Shown: positions 33,513 to 43,500 of the stretch, one piece after another | Layout of the letters: every line of letters starts with the position of its first letter | Numbering within the stretch: the stretch's first letter is position 1 | Assembly: GCA_045541795.1 (NCBI GenBank) | Contig: JAZQJV010000018.1 | Span: forward strand, 118,236-182,235 | DNA from: Patescibacteria group bacterium | Lineage (GTDB): Bacteria; Patescibacteriota; Microgenomatia; UBA1400; PJMF01 | DNA length: 64,000 nucleotides | Reading direction: 5' to 3' | Notes under the pieces: generated by a model | The model's database searches: none | Told to the model about the DNA's origin: nothing | Seen by the model: the letters and a program-made list of their open reading frames with translations, nothing else | Position numbers and translations under genes: made by a program

Positions 33513-34127
33513 ATGCAAGATAAAGATGGACGCCAACTTGATCAAAAAACTATTGCCGCTAAAGTGAGCCGCCGGTTGCAGGCGTATTGGCTAGAATTTG
33601 TCACTGGTTTTTTATGGTGGTTCGTCGGTCATATCCCGTTTCACACCGTCCGCAAACTTTTTTACCGTCTTTCTGGCATACGTATCGGCCGTCATTCCAC
33701 CATTCATATGCGCGCGCGCATTTTTGATCCCCGTTTTATCACTATCGGCGATGACACGATTATTGGCGAACGCGCGACGCTTGATGGTCGCCGTCAACTG
33801 CCGGGCTCTGACAGCTATCTGTGCATCGGCAATCATGTGGATATTGCCTCGGAAGTGATGATTTGGAATAGTGAACATGATCTAAAAAGCCCTACTTGGG
33901 CGGCTCGTGAAGAGCCGGTAATCATTGATGATTATGTTTTTATCGGCCCGCGCGCCATCATCTTGCCGGGGGTCAGGCTGGGGCGGGGGAGTGTGGTCGC
34001 CGCGGGGGCGGTGGTCACCAAAGACGTGCCAGCCATGACCATTGTCGCTGGCGTCCCCGCCAAAAAAATCGGCGAACGTCAGGGAGCGCTTGATTATCAG
34101 CTCGGCCGGTATCGGCTGTGGCAATAG
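33513..34127 (+). CDS. hexapeptide-repeat (LbH) O-acetyltransferase with an N-terminal TM segment
   Basis: IGDDTIIGERA...IGNHVDIASEV...IDDYVFIGPRAIILPGVRLGRGSVVAAGAVVTKDVP..TIVAGVPAK. The ATG lies 6 nt after TGaTATAAT. Confidence 0.8.
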   Translation: MQDKDGRQLDQKTIAAKVSRRLQAYWLEFVTGFLWWFVGHIPFHTVRKLFYRLSGIRIGRHSTIHMRARIFDPRFITIGDDTIIGERATLDGRRQLPGSDSYLCIGNHVDIASEVMIWNSEHDLKSPTWAAREEPVIIDDYVFIGPRAIILPGVRLGRGSVVAAGAVVTKDVPAMTIVAGVPAKKIGERQGALDYQLGRYRLWQ

Positions 34128-34208
34128 TCATTCCCAATCAGTGACAGATTGGCAGGAATTTGGAATGGGAGAGCCAGCAAAATTGCGTCCCCTCATTTCC
34201 CTTTCTTG

Positions 34209-34217
34209 TGTTATAAT
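34209..34217 (+). promoter_or_regulatory. extended -10 promoter (TGtTATAAT)
   Basis: TG at 34209-34210 and TATAAT at 34212-34217. No ATG lies at leaderless distance. Confidence 0.5.
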
Positions 34218-34221
34218 AGCG

Positions 34222-34440
34222 ACAGCACAAGTACAAATTATTGCTGAAGGGAGACGTGAAGAGTTAACAGAAGAAAAATGAACCGCACCAACACGAAATT
34301 ACGATGGATGGCAATCGAAAGCGGAAAGAAGCGAGTGACGTATTCTGGCTTAAGTATAGGTTTTCGATTGAGGAAGCTGTTATAGCGACTCCTGAGATAA
34401 TTTGTGCTTGTGCGGGTCGGAGAGTCGCTCGTTTCTTTGC
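34222..34440 (+). ncRNA. unclassified structured RNA element (6S-like rod, cis-regulatory leader, or MITE-like inverted repeat)
   Basis: A 17-bp long-range helix joins 34225-34241 to 34397-34413 (16 Watson-Crick pairs plus 1 G-U). Supporting helices are 34250-34256/34386-34392, 34265-34270/34377-34382 and a 9-bp pair 34312-34320/34362-34370. A competing 8-bp hairpin 34384-34391/34422-34429 is followed by cgtttcttt. Confidence 0.45.
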
Positions 34441-34472
34441 GTCAGCATACCTTTTGCAGCTAGAAAGCACGT

Positions 34473-35684
34473 ATGAACGGGAAAATAGTGCCGGTGTTTT
34501 TGGCGGCAGTTTTACTTCTCCCCTTATGGAGGGGAGATAGGCATACCACAGGTACAGCCAGAGGGGAGGTGCAAGCAGCCAGTAGTGCCACCACCAAAAA
34601 ACTCAAAGACGTGGCGCTTGGTGAGGTTATCCAAATTGGTGTTACTAAGTACGTCAAGATCGCTGCCAATAGCTATCAGGCGGTAAAGCCGTATACCTGT
34701 GCTGACCCAGTACTCACTTATGCCGGTGCTAGCAAAAGTTTCACTTATACGGGGAACTATCAGACATTTACGGCATATGCTGGGTGCCAGTACCAGGTGG
34801 AGCTGTGGGGTGCACAGGGCAATGACAACGGTTCAGTACTTGGCGGCAGAGGCAGTTACACTGCCGGATTATTTACGCCAGACGGCACAAGCTCACTTTA
34901 CGTTTATGTCGGCCAACATCAACAGTCAGTGCTAGCAGCTTCCTTTAATTGCGGTTCTACCGGCCCCTTAAATCACGGCGGCGATGCTGTTGGCTACGGG
35001 GGCGGCGGTGCTACAGATATTCGCACCGTAAGCGGAACTTGGGATAATGAAAACTCACTGCGTTCCCGGATCATTGTCGCCGCCGGCGGTGGTGGCAGTA
35101 AAATCTGGGGCGGTTGTAATTCAGTCGGATCTCAAGAAGGGATTTTTGCTGGCGGTATTAGCGGCTATACTGGTCCAGGCTCTGGTTACGCACCCAATGC
35201 TTGCGTCGCCGGGACTGGCGGTACTCAAGTGGCTGGTGGCAGTGCCTCTACGTGTACTGGTAATGGTGGCACCAGAGCGAGTGCGGGCAGCTTTGGTAAA
35301 GGCGGCAATCCTGGCAGTACATATAGCGCCGGTGGTGGCGGCGGCTGGTATGGTGGGGGCGGCGGCACTGCTAGTCACTGTTATATTGCCTGCGGCGGTT
35401 CTGGTTCCTCTTACATCTCCGGCCACACTGGCTGCGTCGGCGTCACTTCACTAAGCGACACTACTCCCAAATCCGGCTGCACCACCGGTACGACTAATAA
35501 TGCCTGTTCGCTTAGCCCTACTGGTCTGAGCTTCACTGACACCGTGATGATTGACGGTGCTGGTTATTCCTGGACAAATGTAAAAGGATCACTTCAACAA
35601 ATGCCCAATCCTGCCGGCGGTTACTACGCGAGCGGCGTGGGTCATACCGGCAATGGTGCCGCCCGTATCACCCGCCTTAATTAA
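34473..35684 (+). CDS. secreted glycine-rich domain protein (Gly_rich family, ALK/LTK GRD-like)
   Basis: FTYTGNYQTFTAYAGCQYQVELWGAQG...GGRGSYTAG...LYVYVGQ...GYGGGGATDIRT...RIIVAAGGGGS...GGGGGWYGGGGG. It has an N-terminal hydrophobic signal or anchor. Confidence 0.7.
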   Translation: MNGKIVPVFLAAVLLLPLWRGDRHTTGTARGEVQAASSATTKKLKDVALGEVIQIGVTKYVKIAANSYQAVKPYTCADPVLTYAGASKSFTYTGNYQTFTAYAGCQYQVELWGAQGNDNGSVLGGRGSYTAGLFTPDGTSSLYVYVGQHQQSVLAASFNCGSTGPLNHGGDAVGYGGGGATDIRTVSGTWDNENSLRSRIIVAAGGGGSKIWGGCNSVGSQEGIFAGGISGYTGPGSGYAPNACVAGTGGTQVAGGSASTCTGNGGTRASAGSFGKGGNPGSTYSAGGGGGWYGGGGGTASHCYIACGGSGSSYISGHTGCVGVTSLSDTTPKSGCTTGTTNNACSLSPTGLSFTDTVMIDGAGYSWTNVKGSLQQMPNPAGGYYASGVGHTGNGAARITRLN

Positions 35685-35718
35685 TCACTTACCACTCTTT
35701 CTACCTTTTAGATGTGCT

Positions 35719-35748
35719 CACGCCCGCGAAAGCGGGCGCGGGTTTTTT
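35719..35748 (+). terminator. intrinsic terminator
   Basis: cgcccgc-gaaa-gcgggcg followed by gggtttttt. Confidence 0.75.
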
Positions 35749-35841
35749 AATCTCGTATTTTGTACACAAAACATACCCATTTAACCCCTTGCAATGTGCA
35801 CCACACGATGATAAAATAAAAACGAGAAAGAAAGAATTTTT

Positions 35842-37059
35842 ATGCTCAACAACCGCAAACTGATTTACTTCATCTTAGTACTCGCCATTGCCATCGTGAG
35901 CGCCGGCATCGGCGCCTGGTTCGGCTACGGCCAAAAAGTAAGCACCGGCACCAAACTGCTAACTGCCAATCATGTTGCTCCCGCAGACTCATCACTTGCC
36001 GAAAGTCAAGAATACGAATCGCTGCTGGCCGATATCGAGGCTGGTAACTTTGCACAAACCGAGGCAGCTCCAACGACACCGGCCTCAATTGCTCCTGTCA
36101 TGTCTGGCAGCGTCGAGCCGTCAGGCACAGTTCCCAAAACCGTCTCCATCCCCACGCTGGGAGAAGCCAACGCCATCAGCTACACGAGCAGGGATCTCGG
36201 TGGCGGCAACTGGGAGAGTCACTTTTACATCTATACGGTGGATTTTGGCGGCGATGTCTTTAACTTTTTGGATCTGTCGCTTCCCGTCCATGCTGCCGCT
36301 TACGTGGGCGCCGTGCCAGGATTTAGTGACCACACCATGGTTTTCAGCTCTTCAGATGACGCTGGTATGCCGATCATTTATGCTGTCGACCTGGCAGAAA
36401 ATCCGGATCAATACGTCACTTTCGCCAGCGTCGCCGATCAGAAGGCCTTTTGTCAGTTGGTGCCTAACTGCGATCTTGGTTCCTCGATTTTTGCGCTGCA
36501 AAAAGTAAACGGCCGGCTCGCTTTTAACACCGGCGTAGATTGCTACGCTAATTCCTGTCCTACTTATTATATCGATTTGTTTAAAGGCGGTCACCTGGAA
36601 AACGCTACCAGTCAACCAGCAAACGCACCATTAGCTTATCCCAATAGCCTTTCTGCCAGTGACGGTTTCAGCGTCCAGCGGGAGGGCGGCAGCTTATATT
36701 TAACCGATCCTTCTGGTAAATCAAGCGAAGTTCTAAGCGGTGTCATTAGTTACTTTTTCTGGCGCAATCACATTTTTTACCTGCTCAATAACGACCGCAC
36801 CAACGTCTACCGTTTTGATATCCGCTCTGGCAAGTCGGACTCAATCTATACAGTCACTGGCGGCCGCTTGCTTGGTCTGTCCACCATGGGTCAAAATAAA
36901 ATCTTGCTCACCTTCCAACCCGATGGCTCCAATCAGTGGCAGTCCCGGATCATTGATCATGATGGTCAAGCGGCGAGCTTCACCTATTACCAAGCTGGCG
37001 CAGCTGTACCCGTAGATTTCAGCGACACTCACAGTATTACGGTGCAGTACTTTGAGTAG
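35842..37059 (+). CDS. hypothetical membrane-anchored extracellular protein (possibly beta-propeller-like)
   Basis: 405-aa ORF with an N-terminal TM. A TTGCAA-17-TAAAAT promoter lies upstream. No firm motif. Confidence 0.6.
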   Translation: MLNNRKLIYFILVLAIAIVSAGIGAWFGYGQKVSTGTKLLTANHVAPADSSLAESQEYESLLADIEAGNFAQTEAAPTTPASIAPVMSGSVEPSGTVPKTVSIPTLGEANAISYTSRDLGGGNWESHFYIYTVDFGGDVFNFLDLSLPVHAAAYVGAVPGFSDHTMVFSSSDDAGMPIIYAVDLAENPDQYVTFASVADQKAFCQLVPNCDLGSSIFALQKVNGRLAFNTGVDCYANSCPTYYIDLFKGGHLENATSQPANAPLAYPNSLSASDGFSVQREGGSLYLTDPSGKSSEVLSGVISYFFWRNHIFYLLNNDRTNVYRFDIRSGKSDSIYTVTGGRLLGLSTMGQNKILLTFQPDGSNQWQSRIIDHDGQAASFTYYQAGAAVPVDFSDTHSITVQYFE

Positions 37060-37112
37060 TCACTAGCAAAATTGCAGAGTGCATCAACGCTCACAAAAAT
37101 GTCAGCGCAAAA

Positions 37113-37147
37113 ATTAGCAGTCTCATGTCTACTCTGCTAATGATTTT
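37113..37147 (+). terminator. probable terminator hairpin
   Basis: attagcag / ctgctaat 8-bp stem followed by gatttt. Confidence 0.45.
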
Positions 37148-37212
37148 AATGGTGTTAAAAAATACTGAAACACAAAGCAAAATTCATTTATTGTACACAA
37201 TAAATACTCAAT

Positions 37213-38655
37213 TTAATCTTCCACCACGTATGCCACCAGCTCATCACCAGCTTGGAAGTCGAGCTTTTTTTGCCGGAAAGTGATACCACCCTCAGTTGGC
37301 GCTTTAAAATGATCCACTTCGAGTTTACCGTGCATCATTGACGAGACAATGGGATCGGCGATGATCTGTCCGTCACGCTTGAGATGGTATTTATCATTTT
37401 TCTTGAGTTCACCACTGGTCACTTTCACGCCCGCAATCCGCAAGCCTTTCATCTCAAAAATTTCTTGGATCGTAGCCGTGCCCGTCACTACCTCATCAAT
37501 GGTTGGCTCCAAAAGCTTGAGCATCTTTTTTTGGATGTATTCAATCAACTCATAAATAATGTCATATGATTTAATCTTGACACCATGCGCTTTGGCCACT
37601 TGGGTGATATGTGGACTGACTTTCACTTGGAAACTTAAAATCTTTGCCCCGGCAGTGTGTGCTAATTCTACATCTGTATCCGTCACTTCGCCCACACCTT
37701 GGCTAATGATCTCGACACTGTCCGGATCGCAGTTGGCAGCAATTGCCTCCAGCGTTCCCTGGGTGTCAGCTTTGAGGATAAATTTGAGCTTGTTGCTATC
37801 GCCTAAAACAGAAAAATCAATTCCGGCATAAGGATCATTACTGACACTTTGCTTCTCCACTGCTGGGCTGTGGTCTTGAGGATGGCACGTGACGATCGAA
37901 CCGACGGCAGGCACATCTTTGAAACCAATTATTTGTCCCGGCTCACCAGGAAGAAGTTGCTGTACCGGTTTACCAAAATCATTGAGGATGTTTTTGACTT
38001 TACCACTCGTCTCTGCCGTGTAAATATCATCACGCACTTTGAGCGTGCCCGACTGGACGATAATATTAGCGACCGCTCCCCGGCGTGGATCTTTGGCCGA
38101 CTCAATCACTACAGCCTGGAAGTCATCATTTGGATCGGCTTGCAGCTCTAGCAAATCAGCCGTAATGACCAAAGTTTCCAATAGCTTGTCAATTCCTTTG
38201 CCGGTTTTGGCGGATATTTCTACTGCTTCGGTGTCGCCGCCAAAATCAGTCACCACTACATCATGCTCGGCCAGCTGTGACTTGACGTTGATCACATTAA
38301 TGTCTGGTAAATCAATTTTATTGATGGCTACCACCACCGGTACACCAGCCGTTTTGATGTGACGGATAGACTCGATGGTTTGCGGTTTGACGCCATCATT
38401 AGCGGCCACTACTAGTACTACAATATCCGTGATCGCTGCACCTCGCTCCCGCATCGCGCTAAAAGCAGCGTGGCCTGGTGTATCAATAAAAGTCAGCTGA
38501 GCATCGCCCACCTTTACCTGGTAAGCGCCGATATGCTGAGTGATCCCCCCTTGTTCTTTGGCCGTGAGCCGCGAGCGGCGCAAGAAGTCCAAAAGCGTCG
38601 TCTTACCGTGGTCTACATGGCCCATGATGGTGATGACTGGGGATCTTTTGCTCAT
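37213..38655 (-). CDS. infB: translation initiation factor IF-2, short form lacking the N-terminal region
   Basis: It begins directly at the G domain: [34 protein letters not shown]. Only 480 aa. Its ATG overlaps the nusA TGA (ATGA). Confidence 0.9.
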   Translation of the reverse strand: MSKRSPVITIMGHVDHGKTTLLDFLRRSRLTAKEQGGITQHIGAYQVKVGDAQLTFIDTPGHAAFSAMRERGAAITDIVVLVVAANDGVKPQTIESIRHIKTAGVPVVVAINKIDLPDINVINVKSQLAEHDVVVTDFGGDTEAVEISAKTGKGIDKLLETLVITADLLELQADPNDDFQAVVIESAKDPRRGAVANIIVQSGTLKVRDDIYTAETSGKVKNILNDFGKPVQQLLPGEPGQIIGFKDVPAVGSIVTCHPQDHSPAVEKQSVSNDPYAGIDFSVLGDSNKLKFILKADTQGTLEAIAANCDPDSVEIISQGVGEVTDTDVELAHTAGAKILSFQVKVSPHITQVAKAHGVKIKSYDIIYELIEYIQKKMLKLLEPTIDEVVTGTATIQEIFEMKGLRIAGVKVTSGELKKNDKYHLKRDGQIIADPIVSSMMHGKLEVDHFKAPTEGGITFRQKKLDFQAGDELVAYVVED

Positions 38656-39959
38656 GCTTTCTTTGCTAAAGGATTCGGGGTCAGAAGCGACGGCGAATTC
38701 TGATAATCAGTTTCTACTTGCTTGGTCGCGCGCTCAATGATTGCTTGCTTGTCTTCGGCTGAAAGCACTTCATTATCCTGCAAGCGGTTTTGGAAACGCA
38801 CGATGTCGTTACTATTGGTCAGCTTAAGGTTGACGAGCTCTTCGCGGACTTGCGGGCTTAGTCCAAAACTATCAATTTCATATTCCTCGCTACCGCTCAC
38901 TTGCTTGGCCACGTCGCCAGCTTCATCCACGATCGTGATCGACATGCCCAAAAGTTTGCCGGCTAAACGCACGTTTTGCCCACTGCGACCGATCGCGAGA
39001 GAAATTTGATCCGCCGGTGCTTTTACCGTGGCGGTATTAGTCTTGGCATCATAGTTGATGGTTAAGTTTTCGGCTGGCGCCAAAGCCGCAGCAATTAGCT
39101 GTGTCTTATCATCATAAAAGGGGATAATGTCAATTTTTTCGTTATTTAGTTCCTTGATGATTTCTTGTACTCGGACACCACGCTGGCCGACACAAGAACC
39201 TACCGGATCTACGCCTTGAGGCTGGTTGCTGGAGACCGCCAACTTGGTGCGGATACCCGCTTCCCGGGCGATCATACGGATCTGGACGGCCCCACTGGCA
39301 ATTTCTGGGACTTCTCGCTCAAATAGTAACTCTACCAAGCGGGCATCGGCCCTGGAGACGATAATCGTCCGGTGACCAGCCACCTCACCAATCTCCTTGA
39401 TGAGTACGGCCAGCCGAGCGTTACTCTTGTAAAACTCACCGCGCATCTGCTCGCGTGGCGGCATCGCAGCATAACCACGTCCCACATCCATCCAGACCAC
39501 ACCCCGCTCCATCCGGACTACTTGCGCCGTAATCATCTGACCGATTTGATTTTGGTATTCACCAATGATCTGGTCACGCTCGGCATCACGCATCCGGGCA
39601 ATAATAATTTGCTTAGCCAACTGTGCTGCAATCCGCCCAAAACCAGACGGCGTAACGTCTTCGGCTTGCGTCTCATCATAGCTTTCGTCTTCGGGATCAT
39701 CAGGATGAAGCCGTGGCGCACGGAAAACATACATCTCGCCAGTAAGCCGGTCCACTTGACCCCAATAATAAAAAGCGGGATCTAGAGGGATGTCATTTTC
39801 TCCGCCTGCCTGCTTGCGGTAAGCACCGACAAGGCCCGCTTCAATCGCCAGATAAACTTGCTCTGGATCAATTTTGCGTTCGGCAGACACCTGGGCGATG
39901 GCCGCGGCAAATTCTGTTCTCTGGGATTTTTTTGCTTTTAGATCGTTTTTTCTTGCCAT
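38652..39959 (-). CDS. nusA: transcription termination/antitermination factor NusA
   Basis: S1 and two KH regions (GHRTIIVSRAD, GIRTKLAV.S....DPVGSCVGQRGVRVQ.I..EL..EKIDII, RLAGKLLG). Classical nusA-infB order. Confidence 0.9.
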   Translation of the reverse strand: MARKNDLKAKKSQRTEFAAAIAQVSAERKIDPEQVYLAIEAGLVGAYRKQAGGENDIPLDPAFYYWGQVDRLTGEMYVFRAPRLHPDDPEDESYDETQAEDVTPSGFGRIAAQLAKQIIIARMRDAERDQIIGEYQNQIGQMITAQVVRMERGVVWMDVGRGYAAMPPREQMRGEFYKSNARLAVLIKEIGEVAGHRTIIVSRADARLVELLFEREVPEIASGAVQIRMIAREAGIRTKLAVSSNQPQGVDPVGSCVGQRGVRVQEIIKELNNEKIDIIPFYDDKTQLIAAALAPAENLTINYDAKTNTATVKAPADQISLAIGRSGQNVRLAGKLLGMSITIVDEAGDVAKQVSGSEEYEIDSFGLSPQVREELVNLKLTNSNDIVRFQNRLQDNEVLSAEDKQAIIERATKQVETDYQNSPSLLTPNPLAKKA

Positions 39960-40029
39960 GTTATCCTTGCTTGCTTACTAAAAATCGGCAACTGGGAGGA
40001 TGCCGAGCTTGGCTAAGGTCAATAACTAC

Positions 40030-40058
40030 ATTATATCACAAAAACTGCTTCTTGTCAA
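40030..40058 (-). promoter_or_regulatory. consensus promoter of nusA-infB
   Basis: On the minus strand: TTGACA (40058-40053), 17-nt spacer, TGaTATAAT (-10 at 40035-40030). Confidence 0.6.
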
Positions 40059-40079
40059 GGGCTAATTTTGGTGTATAAT
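40052..40079 (+). promoter_or_regulatory. promoter of the pilin-like/giant-protein operon; its -35 overlaps the nusA -35 on the other strand
   Basis: TTGTCA at 40052-40057, 16-nt spacer, TATAAT at 40074-40079. Confidence 0.5.
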
Positions 40080-40089
40080 TGGGGAACTT

Positions 40090-40563
40090 ATGAAAAAATG
40101 GAGTGTGATCGCAGTTTTAATTTTGAGCCTGTTTGCGGGACGGCCAGCACATGCTGCCCCTTACGAAAGTTGGAAGAGTTCCAAAATGTGCACAGGCGCT
40201 AAAGACACGCTTTCTGAAGACGTTGCCACTATCGCTGGTATCGTTTGCCTGATCGCCAATGCCTTAAATGCCGTCCTGACGCTGTTTTCCTTCGTCGGCT
40301 TCCTCATGTTTGTGTATGCCAGTTTTATGCTCATGATCTCTGGCGGTAATCCCAGCGGCTTTGAAACAGCGAAAAATACCTTTACTTACGCAATTTTTGG
40401 CTTCGTGCTGGCTTTATCATCATTTGTGATCATCAATCTTATTTCTTATTACACTGGCCTCAATAGCTTCTTTGTCATCAAATTCTTGCCCAATACTATT
40501 TCTGGCAGCGCCAGCAGTGGCGGTACAGGCGGTAGCGGTACGGGAGGTACAAGCGGGCCATAA
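40090..40563 (+). CDS. small TrbC/VirB2-like (CPR T4SS-pilin-type) membrane protein, paralog 2, with a Gly/Ser/Thr-rich tail
   Basis: Signal peptide MKKWSVIAVLILSLFAGRPAHA, then two TM helices flanking MISGGNPSGFETAKNTF, and the tail GSASSGGTGGSGTGGTSGP. Confidence 0.6.
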   Translation: MKKWSVIAVLILSLFAGRPAHAAPYESWKSSKMCTGAKDTLSEDVATIAGIVCLIANALNAVLTLFSFVGFLMFVYASFMLMISGGNPSGFETAKNTFTYAIFGFVLALSSFVIINLISYYTGLNSFFVIKFLPNTISGSASSGGTGGSGTGGTSGP

Positions 40564-40564
40564 T

Positions 40565-43500
40565 ATGCGCATTGATAAATTCTTACCGGCAAAACGTTGG
40601 CAAACTGTTATCATTGGGGTCAGTTTGGTTTTTGGCTGCATGATGTCGCTGCAAAATTTGCACCTAGACCTAGTTTCTGACGTCTGGAGTGCGCAGTATC
40701 AGGATGTTTATAGTCAAGTGATGAGTATTTTCCAGTCACGAGGTGAGACCATCCCTACTAATGTCGCCGCCGACATCATCGAGCGTTCTGGCGGTGATCA
40801 AAATCAAGCTATAGCTACTCTGGAAAAGTATCTCAACGTCTACAAAGCTTTGCAAGCGCGTAATCCTGATGTCTCTTCTCTAGTCATCAGTTTGATCGCC
40901 AAACAGTACCCAGATAATTACTCACAGGCCAGCACAGCTTTGTCGCAGACGGTCTCGACAGCTAAGCAGATCCAGGACTACCAAAATATAAATACTATTG
41001 CGGCGCAAATTGTGGCCGCTTTAGGGATTAATAATAGTTTCACGCAGACACTCTCAGACGCTTATGACGTCGTCAATAATGCCAGTAATATGGGCCAGCA
41101 GATGAACGTCAACAATATCGCCGCTCAAATTTTGTCTGCGCTCGATCTTACCGGAGAACTATCCTCGGGTTTTGGCAGCCAGGCTGATTTGCAAAATACG
41201 CTTCAAAGCATGACTAGATCGTCCCTCTTGCAAAGTCAAGACGCTAAGGATGTCCTCGGTGCCTTAGACATTTTCACGCCGGGTAATTTCTCGTCTGATG
41301 CCGGCAGCGTGAGTAAAATTGCCAGTGATCTTTTAGGCGGAAAACTTTCAGACACGGTCAAAAGTGTGGTAGATAAAGAAATTGCCGAAAGTTTGGGCGC
41401 GCTTAATCTAGGTAGTTTGTCTGGTCTTAGCGAAGGTAAAGGGAATTTTTCTGGCATTCTTGAGCAGGTGACATCTAAAACTGCCGGTGAAGCTGGCAAA
41501 TACAAGGATGTCTACGAAACCGTCACCAAAGGTATGAGCACTCAGGACATCGTCAAAATGGGCACCGACAAAATCAAAGACAGTATCTTAGATAATTCTA
41601 CCCTCGACCAGGAAAAAGCCGCTCAGGAAACCAAAAAAGAACTTGACCAAGAGGCAAAAAAAGCCGTAGACGAGGAAAAAAAACTACAGGATGAAGGATT
41701 GATTGATCCGTCGAGCGTACCAAGCAGTAGCCCTTCGCCTTCTTCAACTCCCGATCCTTCAGCCAGTCCTTCACCATCACCTTCCGCAAGTCCTTCTCCT
41801 GGTGCCAGCCCGTCGCCAGGGGCGAGCCCGAGTCCCTCTCCGTCTGCTAGTCCGTCACCGAGCGCTTCGCCGTCGCCGTCAGCGTCACCGAAAGCAACTG
41901 AATACATCAGAAGTGGTGCACAGGGATCCTTTATCACCGCTATCATAGATAAACTCAGAATGAGCGGCACGGCCGAAAATATTAAGGAAGGTTTTGCTGC
42001 TAAAATGATCGCCAAGAATTTATCGCTGGAGGGATATGAAGCCTATCATATCAAAACTGTCAGCCGTTTGCAGCCCTATATGAATTTTTCTCATCGCCGT
42101 AACAATGTAGATTTTAGCCAAGCCAAAGTACCCCTCATGCGCAATAGTAACTACAAACCTGAACGGCTTAATTCTGCCGAAAATTATTACGGCTATAATG
42201 CCCGGGTAGGAGTGAATGACACTGATATCCTTACTGAGTCAGCCTGGGTCGCCAAAATGTCGCAGCCTGTCAAATGCAGCCTCAAAGCCGCCAATCTTGC
42301 CTATATCGTGCGCACTTGCGACATTCTTCATGAAGACACATGCGAAGGTCTATACCTGACCGCTGATGGCAGTGAAACCATCAAAGATACTAAGATCAAA
42401 GTCCATGATTTGGCTCTTGCGGTGACAGCCATTCTCATCACTGATGGCAGCCAACGTGACGAGTTAATCAATGCGGTGGCGCTCGCTTTGGCGACGGGCA
42501 AAGGCGATCTTAGCGGCATCATGGGACAAGTAACCAATATTATTAATAGTATTGGCGGTGAGAATTCAGATGTACTGTCGCGTTTGCTGGCTATGGCTTC
42601 AGATAAAGTCATGGAACCTATCTATGATAACCGGATTCCTTTTTGTGAGACACTTTATAATACTCCAGCCACAGCGGCTACGGATGAGACGGGCTTACTG
42701 CTAGAAATGGCCAAAGGCAACATCCAAGCGGAGGATATGGGCAAAATTTATCTGCGCTGGGCGATGGAAAAATTGGACTTTTACCTGGCACGTGAATACC
42801 GCACTGCATACCTAGTGCAAACTACAAGAATCTGCCCGGTACGTCGGCAATTTATCTGCTCTAAATCCTCACCCGTATATAAGTATGCACCAGCACCCAC
42901 AGGCACCTGCTTAGTACAACTCCCCTGTATACCTGGTATCACCCCAGATCAGGTGCGTGTATATCCATTCAAAATCCCAGATCTTTTCACCAATAAGAAT
43001 TTTTGCAAAACGTCTGATCTAGAATATCCTGGGCTCTTGAATGACGTCAAATGTGAGCCCTCTGAGCAATTCCAATATGCAGACATGATACAAGAATATC
43101 ACGATCCGGCACTTTTACAAAAAAATTTCCTCATGAATATGGAGCAGATCCGCGCTGAACGTGAAGAGTTTTTAGCAAAACGCAAAACTCGCGCCCAGCA
43201 CTCTGCCGAAGCCTGTACGGCCAATAGTGCTACCACTCTTGCCAAAATGCAAGAGGCCGACTTAACATGCACCGACAAAAATGTGCTTAGCGGTGATCTG
43301 ATTGACTGTGAAAACTGCAATGGCGAAGCCAGACGAGTCAAAGCGGCTCTAGTGAAAGTCATCAACGGTGCCATCAAACATGGCGAACTTTACAAAATCG
43401 AAAATCCCAACGGCAACTCGCCGGGTACTGATGATGTCAGCGGCGGGCTTAGTAGTTCCGCCATTACCACTTCTGCCGTGAATCCGCTCGAACCAGCTAT

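Noticed and set aside
34241-34430. Glycine riboswitch upstream of a glycine-rich protein gene (GAAGGGAGAC and GGAGAG resemble aptamer fragments)
   Set aside because: The order and context of the motifs do not fit the aptamer (GGAGAG should precede ..CCGAAGGGGCAA.., and no CUCAGGCAAAAGGAC-like element is present). The resemblance is superficial.
34304-34540. 78-aa ORF, and a 34-codon ORF (ATG at 34279), inside the structured intergenic element
   Set aside because: There is no convincing SD or leaderless signal, and the 78-aa ORF overlaps the start of the real glycine-rich gene in another frame. The extensive base-pairing argues for RNA-level or repeat function. The small ORF cannot be strictly excluded.
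35047-35454. 135-aa (+) and 101-aa (-) ORFs inside the glycine-rich protein gene
   Set aside because: GGN-rich coding sequence keeps other frames open (Ala/Val/Pro-rich nonsense). There is no independent start signal or motif.
41623-42015. ORFs on both strands across the Pro/Ser linker, and the possibility that the periodic sequence is a CRISPR-like or tandem DNA repeat
   Set aside because: The periodicity comes from imperfect (A/G)SPSPS codon repeats in frame with the 1190-aa protein. There is no repeat-spacer organisation and there are no cas genes.
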